Made by a program: the position numbers and the translations under genes. From NCBI RefSeq assembly GCF_963921235.1, contig NC_086108.1, forward strand, positions 64,358,001-64,422,000: a stretch of 64,000 bases of DNA, written 5' to 3'. The stretch's first letter is position 1; each line of letters begins with the position of its first letter. The stretch is from Mobula hypostoma (lineage: Eukaryota). Shown in pieces: positions 1-12,000 of the stretch. The notes below the pieces were generated by a model that saw only the letters and a list, made by a program, of their open reading frames with translations, had not been told where the DNA came from and did no database searches.

Positions 1-112
1 CCAGTATAGGCTTAGATCATGGATTGTTTCACAAAGCCAACAAAAAGGCAGGCAAAGCTGGGACCCATACGGGTGCCCATGGCTACACCTTTAGTTTGGA
101 GGAAGTGGGAGG
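1..112 (-). mobile_element. Penelope-like element RT fragment
   Basis: The reverse complement encodes SHFLQTKGVAMGTRMGPSFACLFVGFV, matching the PLE RT at 52890-52990. Confidence 0.85.
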
Positions 113-114
113 AA

Positions 115-1000
115 TGTAGTGGTTAGCATAGCACTATTACAGTGCCAGAATCAAGTTGCAATTTCCGCTGCTATTTGTAAGAAGTTTGTATATTCTCCTC
201 ATGACTGTGTAGGTTTCCTCCCATGTTCTAAAGAATTGTAGGTTGGTTGGCTAATTCATCACATGGATATACTGGACGGCATGGGCTCATAGTCCAGAGG
301 ACCTGTTACTGAGCTTGTAGTGTTCTCGTGCTGTGTGTTGAAAGTCTGACTAAACACCAAGTTAAACCAGAGCCAATGAAGACAGAGTCGTAGTTAGTTT
401 AACCATTTACTGTTCACTCTTCCACATTAACATCGTATAGTGAAAACTGTTGATTAAAAAAATACAAACGTATACAGCGTCTGTTTCATTCTGGAGACCG
501 TGTGCACTCTCTTCTTTTACCGAGTGTCTCCAGCCGCTCCAAGTAACGGGCGAGGGGGTCGCGTCAAACCGCCATTGGCCTCGAGCCGACCCCACATTTG
601 AAATTGAAAAGCCAGCACGCACACCGCCCCAACCGTCGCTTCCTTTACAGAAACCGCGTTAATATTTTTACTTCAAATACATTCTTATGAACTTATGGCA
701 TTGCTTCTATAATGTTTCTTTGTGGGTAGAAACGGAGCTCTTCACGATCATGCTGCACACATGGTAACTACCTTCACACCTTCTCCGAAGCGGAGGTTAC
801 ACATAAGACGTGGTGACACCGGAGGTGACGTCATCACATGCCGTGATATACCATAGACAATGAACTTACCTTTGTTATACAGTAACTTAATTATCAACCT
901 TAACTTTAACTAGAAAATAGTTACAAACAAATCATTTAAAGTGTAGACCCGACAAAGTCAAATAAATGCCTTAAGGGCAACACGGAGCTATATCTCCAAA
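115..1000 (+). mobile_element. V-SINE/HE1-like SINE, split by the insertion at 316-982
   Basis: It has a GTAGTGGTTAGC head and a gtttgtatattctcc...gtaggtttcctcc core. The tail cctgttactgagct resumes as gagctatatctcc after 982. Same family as 43797-43990 and 50570-50820. Confidence 0.65.
316..982. mobile_element. Probable solo LTR
   Basis: TG...CA ends (tgtagtg...ggcaaca), flanked by ctgagct (309-315) and cggagct (983-989). It interrupts a SINE and has no credible ORF. Confidence 0.55.
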
Positions 1001-1109
1001 ACCAAAATTTAAAAAAATCGTAACTGAGTATTCTTTGATAAAAGGATAGACGTTCTCAACAAATAAAATAAAACTTAAAATAAGAATCAAAATGAGACAT
1101 CTCTGGAGC

Positions 1110-1560
1110 AGGAGGTGTTCAGGAGCATCCTGGAGGTTGAAAAGTTCATTGATGCGATTTTTATTGAGGTGGTCACAGCCAGAGCGCCGGCTCCAGGTAA
1201 TAGGTGGGTAAAAACCAGGAGAACTAAGGGGTGTAAACAGTCAGTGCATGGTTCCTCTGTGGCCATTCCCCTCAGCAATGAGTATACCCCTTTGGATACT
1301 GTGCAAGGTGGGGTGATGACCTATCAGAGCACAGTAGCAGCAGTCAGACCAGTGGCACTGTGGCTGGCTCTGAGGCTCAGAACAGAAGGGTAAAGTCAGG
1401 CAGATGATATTGATAGGAGACTCGATAGTTAGGGGGATGGACAGGAGATTCTGTGGCCGCAAAAAAGACGCCAGGATGGTGTGTTGCCACCCAGGTACTA
1501 GGGTCCAGGATGTCTCAGAGCAGCTGCAGAATATTCTCCATTGGGAGGGTAAGCAGCCAG
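1110..1560 (+). mobile_element. CR1 LINE ORF1 fragment (SGNH/esterase-like domain)
   Basis: It encodes IGDSIVRGMDRRFCGRKKDARMVCCHPG and is homologous to CR1 ORF1 at 39736-40269(-). Confidence 0.8.
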
Positions 1561-1950
1561 AATAGAGTGGAGATCTGATAGAGATTTATAAGATTATTGG
1601 AGCTGAGACAGTACCTTTTCCCCATGTTTGAAATGTCTAATACCAGGGTCGGGCATTTAACGTGAGAGGGGGTAAATTCAAAGGCAATGTGAGAGGCAAA
1701 TCTTTTACACAGAGAGTGCTGGGTACCTGGAATGTGCTGCCTGGGGAGGTGTTAGAGGCAGATACATTAGAGACTTTTAAGATACATTTAACTAGGCAGA
1801 TGAATGTGAAGAAAAGGGGAGGATTTGTACATTTTGTAGGCAGAGGGGTTTAGATTAGTTGGCTCTTTGATTACGAATTTATTTTGATTCAGTACAACAT
1901 TGTGTGCCGAAGGGCCCACTCCTGTACTCCACTGTTCTGTGTTCTGAGAA
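1561..1950 (+). mobile_element. CR1 LINE 3' fragment
   Basis: It carries the ORF2 C-terminal motif KFKGNVRGKSFTQRVLGTWNVLP, followed by a CR1-type 3' UTR hairpin and tail. Confidence 0.8.
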
Positions 1951-2079
1951 GATAGGAACAGGATGAGGCCACACAGCACCTCAAGACAGCCTTGCTATTC
2001 CACATGTTCATGGCTGATCTGCCCAATGACTAAGCTCTTCAGTGCCAGTCACTCATAGTCTGCAATCCAAAGATATCAG

Positions 2080-4222
2080 AAAGATATGTTAGTATGCAGA
2101 GGGGTCTCTAAGGGTTGAGTTAAGAAATAGCAAGGGCAAAAGGACCCTAATGACTGTTGTATAAAGGCCTCCAAACAGTAGCCAGGATGTGGATTACAAA
2201 TTACAGCAGGAGATGGAAAAGGTGTGTCAGAAGGGCAATGGCATAGTATTAGTTCGGGATTTTAACATGAAAGTGGATTGGGAAAACTAGGCCAGTACTG
2301 GACCTCAAGAGAGAGAATTTATAGAACGTCTAAGGGATGGCTTTTTAGAACAGCTTGTTGTTGAGCCAACTAGGGGATCGGCTGTGCTGGATTGGGTGTT
2401 GTGCAATGATCCGTAAGTGATAAAACAGCTTAGGGTTAAGGAACCCTTAGGGAACAGTGAAAACAATATGACTGAGTTCACTTTGAAATTTGAGAAGGAG
2501 AAACTAAGTTCCAATGTGTTGCTATTCCAGTGGAATAAAGGAAATTACAATGGCATGAGAGGGGAGCTGGCCAAGGTTGACTGGTAAGGGACACTAGCAG
2601 GAAGGACAGCAGAGCAGCAATGGCTGGAGTTTCTGCGGAAAATGAGGGAAGTGCAAGACAGATATATTCCAAATAAGAAGAAATTTTCAAAGGGAAGAAG
2701 GACATTACCATGGCTGACAAGTGAAGTCAAAGCCAAAGTAAAATCAAAAGAGAGGGCATACAAGGAAGCCAAAGCAAGTGGGAAGATAGAGGATGGGAAT
2801 CTTTTAAAAACTTGCAGAAGGAAACTAAGAAGGTCATTAGGAAGGAAAAAACGAATTATGAAAGGAAGCTGGTGACATATCAAAGAAGATACTAAAAGCT
2901 TTTTTAAGTATATATAAAGGGTAAAAGAGAGTTGAGGGTAGATATAGGACCCATAGAAAATGATGCTGGGGATATTGTAATGAGCGATGCAGAGATGGCA
3001 GAGGAACTGAAAGCATATTTTGCATCTGTCTTCACAGTGGAAGACGTCTGCAGTATACCGGGCATTCAAGTGTATCAAGGAAGTGAAGTATTTGCAGTGA
3101 AAATTACGACTGAGAAGGTGCTCAGGGAGCTTAATGGTCTAAGGGTGGATAAATCTCCTGGACCTGATAGAATGCACTCTTGGGTTCTGAAGGAAGTAGC
3201 TGGTGAGATTGCATAACCATTAACAATCATCTTTCAAGATTCGATAGATTCTGGCATTGTACCGGATGACTGGAAAAATTGCAGATGTTACTCTGCTATT
3301 TAAGAAGGGTGCGAGGCAGCAGAAAGGAAACTATAGACCTGGTAGTCTGATATCAGTGGTTGCGAAGTTGTTGAAATTGATTGTTAGGGTTGAGATTATA
3401 GAATACTGTACCTGGAGGCACATGACAAGATAGGCCAAAGCCAGCATAGTTTCCTGAAAGGAAAATCCTGTCTGACTAACCTACTGCAATTGTTTGAGGA
3501 AATTGCAAGCAAAGTAGACAAAGGAGATGCAGTAGATGTGGTGTACTTGGATTTTCAAAAGGCTTTTGACAAGGTTCCGCACATGAGGCTGCCTAGCAAG
3601 ATAAAAGTCCATGGAGTACAGGTAAGTTACTAGCATGGGTAGAGCATTGGCTGATCGGCAGAAAACAGAGAATGGGAATAAGGGGATCCTATTCTGGCTG
3701 GCTGCCGGTTACTAGTGGAGTTCCACAAGGGTCGATGTTGGGATCACTGCTTTTTACGATGTAGGTCAATGATTTGGACTATGGGATTAATGGATTTGTG
3801 ACTAAATTTGCCGATGATACAAAGATAGGTGGAGGAGCGGGTAGTGTTGAGGATGTTTAAAGGCCTGAACAAATTAGATATGGTGAAGTTATTTCCCATG
3901 GAAGGGGAGTCTAGGACAAGAGGGCACAACTTCACGATTGAAGGATGTCCATTTAGAATGGAGATGCGGAAAAATTACTTTAGTCAGAGGGTGGTAAATC
4001 TGCGGAATTTGTTGCCACGAGCAGCTGTAGAGGCCAAGTCATTGGGTGCATTTAAGGCAGAGATAAATAGATTCTTGATTAGCCAGGGCATCAAAGTCTA
4101 TGGGGAGAAGGCAGAGGAGTGGGGATGACTGGAAGAATTGGATCAGCCCATGATTGAATGGCGGAGGAGACTCGATGGGCTAGTTGGCCTACTTCTGCTC
4201 CTACATCCTATGGTCTTATGGC
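2080..4222 (+). mobile_element. Degenerate CR1 LINE ORF2 (APE-RT) with an internal deletion
   Basis: Fragments include KSPGPD, FQKAFDKV, KFADDTK and FSQRVVNL. The sequence jumps from just after FADD (~3853) to the C-terminus. It has many stops and frameshifts and a (tatggtct)-like tail. Confidence 0.9.
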
Positions 4223-4879
4223 CTAATTATGGCCTAACCTTGATCCTTCAAAAATGTACCTACTTTCTCATATGATACTCCCATTGATCTATCTTCCAAT
4301 TCATCCAGGATAAAGAATTGTGGAGATTCTGTGAAAAGATGTCTCAGTAAGAAGTGCCTTTATTACATATGCTAATCTAAACTTGTGTATCCATCAAAAA
4401 GGCAGATTTCTAATGGTGTTCATTATAGAACATTATTGTGTGCTGTTCTATAGCACTAACCATCTTTCAAATTTGAAATATTGCTTTCAAATATAAAATT
4501 ATCAATGTATTTCATGGCAACAAATAAGCAACAACTAAAGCTTGTACTTTTAAGGTTAATATGGTCTTTAATGCATTTTATTATTAATGGCAATTTTTAA
4601 CTGTGCACAAATGTGTGCACTCTTTTCCTGAATTCCAACATGCTGTAACTGCAGCTTAGACTGAGTGGCTGTGTTGCAAATTGTCTGGAGTTCAGTTGGT
4701 GGAACAAATTATATGCCATTAATTAACTACTTGGTTCCCACTGATATTGATGATCATTCCAGTTCTTGTGGAAGATGCAGAGTACTGTAAAAGAACAAGC
4801 AGTATTGGTAAAACAAGATCCATGAAGGATCCTATTGTGCATGTATAATTGGTAACCTACTCGAGTAGGTAATCAAATC

Positions 4880-6380
4880 AGAAACACGAGAGTGTCTGCA
4901 GATGCTGGAAATTGAGAGCAACACATTCAGAATGCTGGAGGAACTCAGCAAATCCAGTTAGAAATCTGATAATAGAAATGCGGACCATGGCAGAAAGGGA
5001 AGATGGAGAGGTACCAAGGGGAGGTGAAGGGCAGGTGAGAAGAAGAAGTAAGAGGCCAGTGCGGGAATACAAGGAGAGAGAAGGAAAAGGGAAAGAAAGG
5101 AGAAATTAATGTTTATGCTGTCAGTTTGGAGACTACTGAGATGGAATCTAAGGTTTTGCTCCTCCACACTGAGAGAAACCTCCTCATGGCAAAAGAGGAG
5201 GGCATGGACTGACATGTCAGAAATGGGGAGAGGAATCAAACTGTTTGGCCACTGGGAAATTCCATTTTTGGTGGATGGACAGACGTGCTCAATAAAGCGG
5301 TCTCCCAAAATGTAGAGGAGGCCACTTCATGAGCACCAGGTGAAATTGACAACCCCAACTGATTCATAGGTGAAATGTTCCCTCACCTGAGAGGACTGTT
5401 TGAGGCCCTGAATGGAGATGAGGGAGGAGGTGAATGAACAGGTATACCATTTGCAGTGGTAAGTACCAGGAGGGAGATTAGTGGGAAGGGACAAATGGAC
5501 AAGGGAATCACAGAGGGAATGATCCCTGAAAAAAGGCAGAGAGTTGGGCAGTAGATGAAGATGGGTTTGGTGGTAGAGTTTCATTGAAGATTGTGAAAGT
5601 TGTGGGGACTGATGCGTTGGATGTGGAAGCTTATAGGGTGGTAGATAAGGACAAGAAGACCTTTATCCCAAGAAGAAGATGGGGTGAGCACAGATGTCCA
5701 GGAAATGGAGAAGATGTGGGTGGGGGCAGCACCAATAGTTGAGGAAGGGAAACACTTTCTTTGAGGAAGGAGGACATCTCTGATAACCTGGAAAGGAAAG
5801 CATCCTCCTGGGAACAGATGCAGCAGATACAGAAGAACTGGAAAAGGGAATGGTATTTTCACAGGAGACAGAGTGTGGAAAGATACAGTCAAGACAGCCG
5901 TGGCCCTGACCCTTTTTCGGCTCCTCCCACTTTCTCTCAATTCATGGCATAGCCATGGGCACCTGCATGGGCCCAAGCTATGCCTACTTTTACATTGGCT
6001 ATGCAGAACAGTCCGTATTCCATGCCTCCCTGGTAATGGTCTTCAACTGTTTCTGTGTTTCATCAACAACTGAATTGGGGCTGCTTTATGCACATGTGCT
6101 GAGCTCATCAATTTCATCAACTTTGCCCTCAACTTTCACCCTGTCCTTAAATTCACTTGGTCCATTTCTGACACCTCTCTTCCGTTTCTTGATCTCTCTG
6201 TCTCCATCACTGGAGACAAACTGTCTAACAATATCATTATAAACCCATGGCTATCTTGACTATATCTCTTCCCACCGTGTCTCCTGAAAATGTCATTACC
6301 TTTCTCAGTGACCTGCTGAGTTCCGCCAGCATTTTGTGGGTGTTGCTTGGGATTTCCAGCATCTGCAAATTTTCTAGTGC
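4880..6380. mobile_element. Degenerate Penelope-like element with an inverted (divergent) arrangement
   Basis: 4880-5900 is PLE 3' half on - (GTYHCK, QVREHFTYES). 5910-6300 is PLE RT on + (MGTCMGPSYA). Terminal repeats at ~4882-4950 and ~6310-6380 are reverse complements. Confidence 0.8.
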
Positions 6381-6793
6381 ATTGGGGTCAACATCTGCTG
6401 GGAGAAACAAAGAGGCAGTAGATCTCATCTACATATCAAACTTTCTACCATGAATGCATTATATATGGTTGCAGTTGCCTGTGGTCTGTAAATTAGCATT
6501 CTAGCACTACTTGAATTGTAATGTTCAAAAAACTCTGAATTTGCAATGCTCTGTTGCAATTAAAAAGTTAATTCATGAAAACTAATCTCTAAGCAGTTGG
6601 TATTTCCTGAAGTCAGTTTCATAGTTTTTGGCTAACTTTGATTTGGGGTCCTTTGTATTCAAGTTGCCTTGATAGGAACCAGAGATACCTAGCATCTATA
6701 CAAATGGACCACAAAATAAACTAATTCCTTATGGGATTAAAACCTATTCTGAAATTGAGAAAGTTAATATTATCTCATTTTTTTGCTGTTCAG

Positions 6794-6923
6794 ATCAACT
6801 TATAATGTTATTGATGCATGTGATGTGGAATTCCTTTGTCCTGATGTTGGAAACCCCTTGGTGATCCAATGTTTCAGTATTAAACTAACAAAAGGCAAAA
6901 AACCAAAAGCTGTGTACATCTGA
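6794..6923 (+). CDS. Probable last coding exon of an unidentified host gene (STYNVIDACDVEFLCPDVGNPLVIQCFSIKLTKGKKPKAVYI*)
   Basis: Strong acceptor ttttttgctgttcag ending at 6793, then a phase-2 entry into 42 open codons and TGA at 6921-6923. The sequence is non-repetitive and protein-like. AATAAA lies downstream at 7179-7184. Confidence 0.6.
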
Positions 6924-7559
6924 ATGCATGTGACTTTTAAGACAAAACAAATGAAATAAGAATGAAAATAGAAATAAGTACAGTCTGAATGCCACTGCAG
7001 AGACATGGCTGCAAGTTGACATAGTCTGATTATTAAAAGGTACATAGCATTCAGGAAGGATAGAAAGCCAAGAAAAATCATAAGTTTTCAAATGCTTCTG
7101 ATGTTGAAAGATATTTAAAAATTGGACAAAAAAATATGTCCGGTAATTTGCCCCCTATCTCTTTGTCCTACAATCTACAATAAATTTAAGAGTTTCTTGT
7201 ATCAGGATTTTTGAGGCAATTCTCAATATTGTGGATTCACAGTAAGACCTTGTCCTGACACTGGACTCCATGCCAGCCCTTTGAGTAGGTCAATATATCC
7301 CACATTTGTACATTTGATACCACATATCCAGAACTTACAGTTTCAAAAATGGAATGACAGTGGTTCAAATCTGAATGACCCAGCAAGTGTTGGCCTGAAT
7401 TGTCCATTATTGTACATCTCCATAAACCCTCAAATTTACTCAGACCTCAAATAGTTGTGTATGTACAGCTGCTGAATGTAAGAAAGCCCTCATGACTCTG
7501 CCAAATTCCCAGATTTCTGCCAATGCTACGCACCTGTCTACACTCTAACACTCTAACAT

Positions 7560-7925
7560 AATCGAATACCCTGCCCTCCTGGGACATTCACTCTTCTCCC
7601 CTTCCCATTGAGCAGAAGATACAACAGTCTGAAAGGACATATCAACAGGCTCAAGGACAGTTTCTACCCCACTATTGTTAATCTGTTGGTAATCTCATAG
7701 TTTGAAAAGGATCGTCTCTTGACTTCACAATCTACCTCATTATGGTCTTGCACCTTATTGTCCACTTGCATTGCACTTTCTCTGTGACTGTAACACTTTA
7801 TTCTGCATTCCGTTAGTGTTTTTTTCTTGTACTCCCTCAATACACGGATGTGATGAAATAATCTGTGTGGATAGCATGTAAAAGAAAGCTTTTCACTGGG
7901 CATGTGACAATAACAAGCCAATTTA
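7560..7925 (+). mobile_element. Rex1/Babar-type LINE 3' fragment
   Basis: Similar to the LINE end at 61730-61860 (HSLFSxLP.GRRY.SL...RLKDSFYP-like), followed by the family 3' UTR. Confidence 0.65.
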
Positions 7926-8793
7926 CCACTTGTGTGGACTTTACATATGGCTATGCTGTATGAGTGGATGGGGTGTTGTGGGAAAGGGGTTTGTTCCCTT
8001 GGTTTTGCTGTTGTATGTTGGCTATGTGGTGTTACTGGTTGTTAATGCAAACTGTGCATTACACTACATGTTTCAATGTACATGTGATTAATAAATAAGT
8101 CAAATCTATTATAATGCATATTGTACATGGCTTGGTCGAGTCTTTTACCACATGTAATAACAGTAAGGCAGGAGGACTAAATAAGAGCAAAGAAAATAAA
8201 TCATACTTTCACTTGAGTTTCCACTTTGGACTATTTTGTATATTTTTTACCACACTAGATTATTGATCGTGTATTCTTCATGCCCTACAAAACACAAATT
8301 GCTGAATGTGCACTCAGCTTCTGCTGGTGGTTATGTTTACACATCAATCAACAACTATTGTTTAAAGAGTTTCTTTCCCAGCGATTGCCATTCTTCTTTT
8401 GTTTGTATTTTGACTTGTAATTTTTACATTCATCATAAGATGATGTTGTCTCACTAGGAAAACCTGCTGACAAATTTTCAGGATCGCATCCAGGCAATGA
8501 CTAAATAGTGAAACACATCCTCATGTTTTTCACAATCAAAGGAAAAAAAACATTTCACATACTTCACATATTTAACAAAGAAATAAAATAAAAATATATC
8601 AGAAAAAAAAGACAGTAGAAGCACTCAACAACACACAGCTATTTCAAAATGACTGTACATCTTGACGTCCATGAAACTCCAATGAAGGTTTCCACACATT
8701 TTCAAATTCTCCTACCCTTCCTCTAGTTATGAAAGTCAGTCTCTCCAATACAATACAAGATGCTATCTCCTTTACCATATATGTATTGAAGGT

Positions 8794-9656
8794 TGTTACG
8801 TACCCCGTAACTGGGTTGCCAAACCAGAAGAAATGGATCACTCAGTTGGAGTCTGGATTACTAGAACTAAGAAAGTTTTATTAAAGAAACAAGCAACACA
8901 GTAATCGAAAGGATAATAAATGCAACAGTTCAGCGATGCTAAACACACATGTGCACAGAATTAAGATAACAGCATCAATCAAGCTCTATCATTGTCTAGG
9001 GGTAAATGACCAAATTTCAAAGTGACTCAAAGTTCAGTCCAGTTTAGTAGTTCAGTTCGCAGTAATCGTTGCCATGGCGATGGACAACGTGGGGGAAGAG
9101 AGAGATAGAACAGGAACAACTGATCATTCAGACACGGCTTCACTCACAGACCGGCGAGATGGCTCACAAGCAACTTTTGGGCGGGTCCTTGGTGATGTCA
9201 CCTGAGGTCACCGACTGTGACCCCTCCTCCAGATGCGGTCGATCCTCTGCAGTGAACCCGGCACCCAGGCAAGGGCGGACACACACCGGGTTCCCGCTGA
9301 TCGTACCTTTCCACCCTGGCCGTTGTCTGGTACTTCTCACCGACTCGTGAGAAGCGTACCGCTTCCAGGGTCTCGTTACCTCAGGTGGCGTGTGTGTCTT
9401 GCCTTAGCGAACCGGTCCCTTTTTATCCCCCTGCTGGGGTATCGCCTGTCCATCACTTCAAACAGTTCAAGGTTCAAAGGGGGGAGCCGCTCCAGACAGC
9501 TCTCTCTCCCCCGTCCCTTCATTACACATCTCCAGACACTGCTCCATTGTTCCTTATCTCTCCTTCCCCTGAGGGCAGGTGGCAGACCACTTGCTGATGT
9601 CACTGATGCTAACCCAGGCCAGCAAACATCTTAATTTTATGTGTATTCTCGTCACA
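8794..9656. mobile_element. Solo LTR (Gypsy-like) inserted in the L1
   Basis: Ends tgttacg...cgtcaca are imperfect inverted TG..CA termini. 4-bp TSD aggt at 8790-8793 and 9657-9660. The L1 ORF2 C-terminus rejoins across it. Confidence 0.9.
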
Positions 9657-9935
9657 AGGTATATCCATTTTTCTCCAAGATAAAGCTATCATCCTCCTGG
9701 CCTGCAGGAGTCCAAAGTCAATTAAAATTGACTATTTTGAACTAACAGTAAAGTTCTTTGGATATATGCCTAGTACACACATTTTTGCTTGGTGAGGCAC
9801 CTTTACTCCAAGAATCTCAGGTATAATCTGAACAACTATTTTCCAGTATTTTTTTTTAAATTTTGGACAGTCCCATACACAGTGAAACAGAGTACCCTTT
9901 TCTTCTAAACATTTAAAGCAAGTGTCTGGGATGTC

Positions 9936-10828
9936 TCGGACTTCAACTACTGCACGGAGTCTTGTCATCTTCAGAAGTTTTCTGATGACTCTGCCATAGT
10001 TGGATGCATCAGCAAGGGAGATGAGGCTGAGTACAGGGCTACTATAGGAAACTTTGTCACATGGTGTGAGCAGAATTATCTGCAGCTTAATGTGAAAAGA
10101 CTAAGGAGCTGGTGGTAGACCAGAGGAGAGCGAAGGTACCGGTGACCCCTGTTTCCATCCAGGGGGTCAGTGTGGACATGGTGGAGGATTACAAGTACCT
10201 GGGGATATGAATTGACAATAAGCTGGACTGGTCTAAGAACACTGAGGCTGTCTACAAGAAGGGTCAGAGCCGTCTCTATTTCCTGAGGAGACTGAGGTCC
10301 TTTAACATCTGCCGGACGATGCTGAGGACGTTCTACAAGTCTGTGGTGGCCAGTGCGATCATGTTTGCTGTTATGTGCTGGGGCAGCAGGCTGAGGGTAG
10401 CAGACACCAACAGAATCAACAAACTCATTCGTAAGGCCAGTGATGTTGTGGGGATAGAACTGGACTCTCTGACGGTGGTGTCTGAAAAGAAGATGCTGTC
10501 CAAGTTGCATGCCATCTTGGACAATGTCTCCCATCCACTACACAATGTACTGGTTGGGCACAGGAGTACATTCAGCCAGAGACTCATTCCACCGAGATAC
10601 AACACAGAGCATCATAGGAAGTCATTCCTGCCTGTGGCCATCAAACTTCACAACTCCTCCCTTGGAGGGTCAGACACCCTGAGCCAATAGGTTGGTCCTG
10701 GACTTATTTCCTGGCATAATTTACATATTACTATTTAATTATTTATTGTTTTATTACTATTTAATTATTTATGGTGCAATGTAACGAAAACCAATTTCCC
10801 CCGGGATCAATAAAGTATGACTATGACT
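9936..10828 (+). mobile_element. 5'-truncated Rex1/Babar-type LINE inserted in the L1
   Basis: It encodes LQKFSDDSAIVG, YKYLG and MLRTFYKSVVASAI, and ends in AATAAA plus an (ATGACT)n tail. atgtc is duplicated at 9931-9935 and 10829-10833. Confidence 0.9.
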
Positions 10829-11964
10829 ATGTCAGGAGAGCAACAATTCAGTTTGACTGGGGTAATATAAATTCTCATTAACCATTTGTATTGTAATAGC
10901 TTCATTCTCGTGTTAATTGATTATTTTGGGGCTTTTAAGCATGCTATTTCTCACTCAGTTTCTTATATGTCCTCTTGAACATCTAGTCTCCATGCCTCTA
11001 GCCTGTCAATGGTGGACTCCTTATCGTATGACATCAAAGCTGTATAGAATAAAGAAACCTGACTCCGCCCCTTTAGGTTTAGAAGTGTGAGATTTTCAAG
11101 ATGCGATAGTGGTGGTTCAGATATTAAATGCTTATATTTTGATAGTATGAAATGCTTTAGTTGCAAATATTTTTAGAAGTGTTTTAGGGATATGGTATGT
11201 CTGACACAATTGATCAAATGTAATAAGATTACCATTCATATAAAGGTCCTCTATTTTCTGCACACCTTTGTCTGCCCAGATTCTGAAACCACCATCTGCT
11301 CTTCCTGCCCTGAAGTATGTATTGCCCCATATTGGGGAGAAGTGAGAAATGGGAGGAGTATCTTTAATATGCTGATGTGCTTTATACCAGATGTCAATAG
11401 TATCTTTGAGGAAAGGGTTCTTTGTTCTTTTCAAATTTCTTGGGTCTGCAGAGTATAGATAGAGCTTTAATGGGAGGTTTGGTACTGATGCCTGTTCAAC
11501 ATTCACCCAGGCTGGAAGGGCCTCCATTGAGAAATAAAACATTGCAGAACCTAACTGAGCAGAGAAATAATACCATTTCAAATTCAGGAGCCGTAGCCCT
11601 CCCCTTTCATAAGGCAGGTATAGCAGGCTAAGTATCAGTCTAGATTTTTTATTATTCCAAATGAATTTACTAAAAATACTATTAAGCTTATCAAAAAATG
11701 ATTTTGTTAGTGGGAGAGGAAGTGATTGAAAAATGTATAGAAATTTTGGTAATATATTCATTTTGATCATGTTTATATGGCTAGTCATTGATATGGGCAT
11801 TGTTATCCATCGACCCAACTTCTCCTTCACTTTGCCCACTAGTGGGTCATAGTTTGTTGGGACAATCGTTTTAATTTCAGGGGTAATTTTGATACCATGG
11901 TAGGTAAATCCTTTCTTTGCATTTATAAATGGGGTTTTTATGACTGGTTTCAATCTTCAAGGTG

Positions 11965-12000
11965 CAGTCGACGTTTCAGGCCGAGACCCTTCGTCAGGAC
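11965..12000 (-). ncRNA. Minimal hammerhead ribozyme motif (PLE-derived) inserted in the L1
   Basis: The reverse complement is GTC-CTGACGA-AGGGTCTCGGCCT-GAAA-CGTC-GACTG, nearly identical to 57053-57089. Confidence 0.7.

Noticed and set aside
4650..4855. Possible upstream exon of the 6794 gene
   Set aside because: There are stops in all + frames between plausible splice sites.
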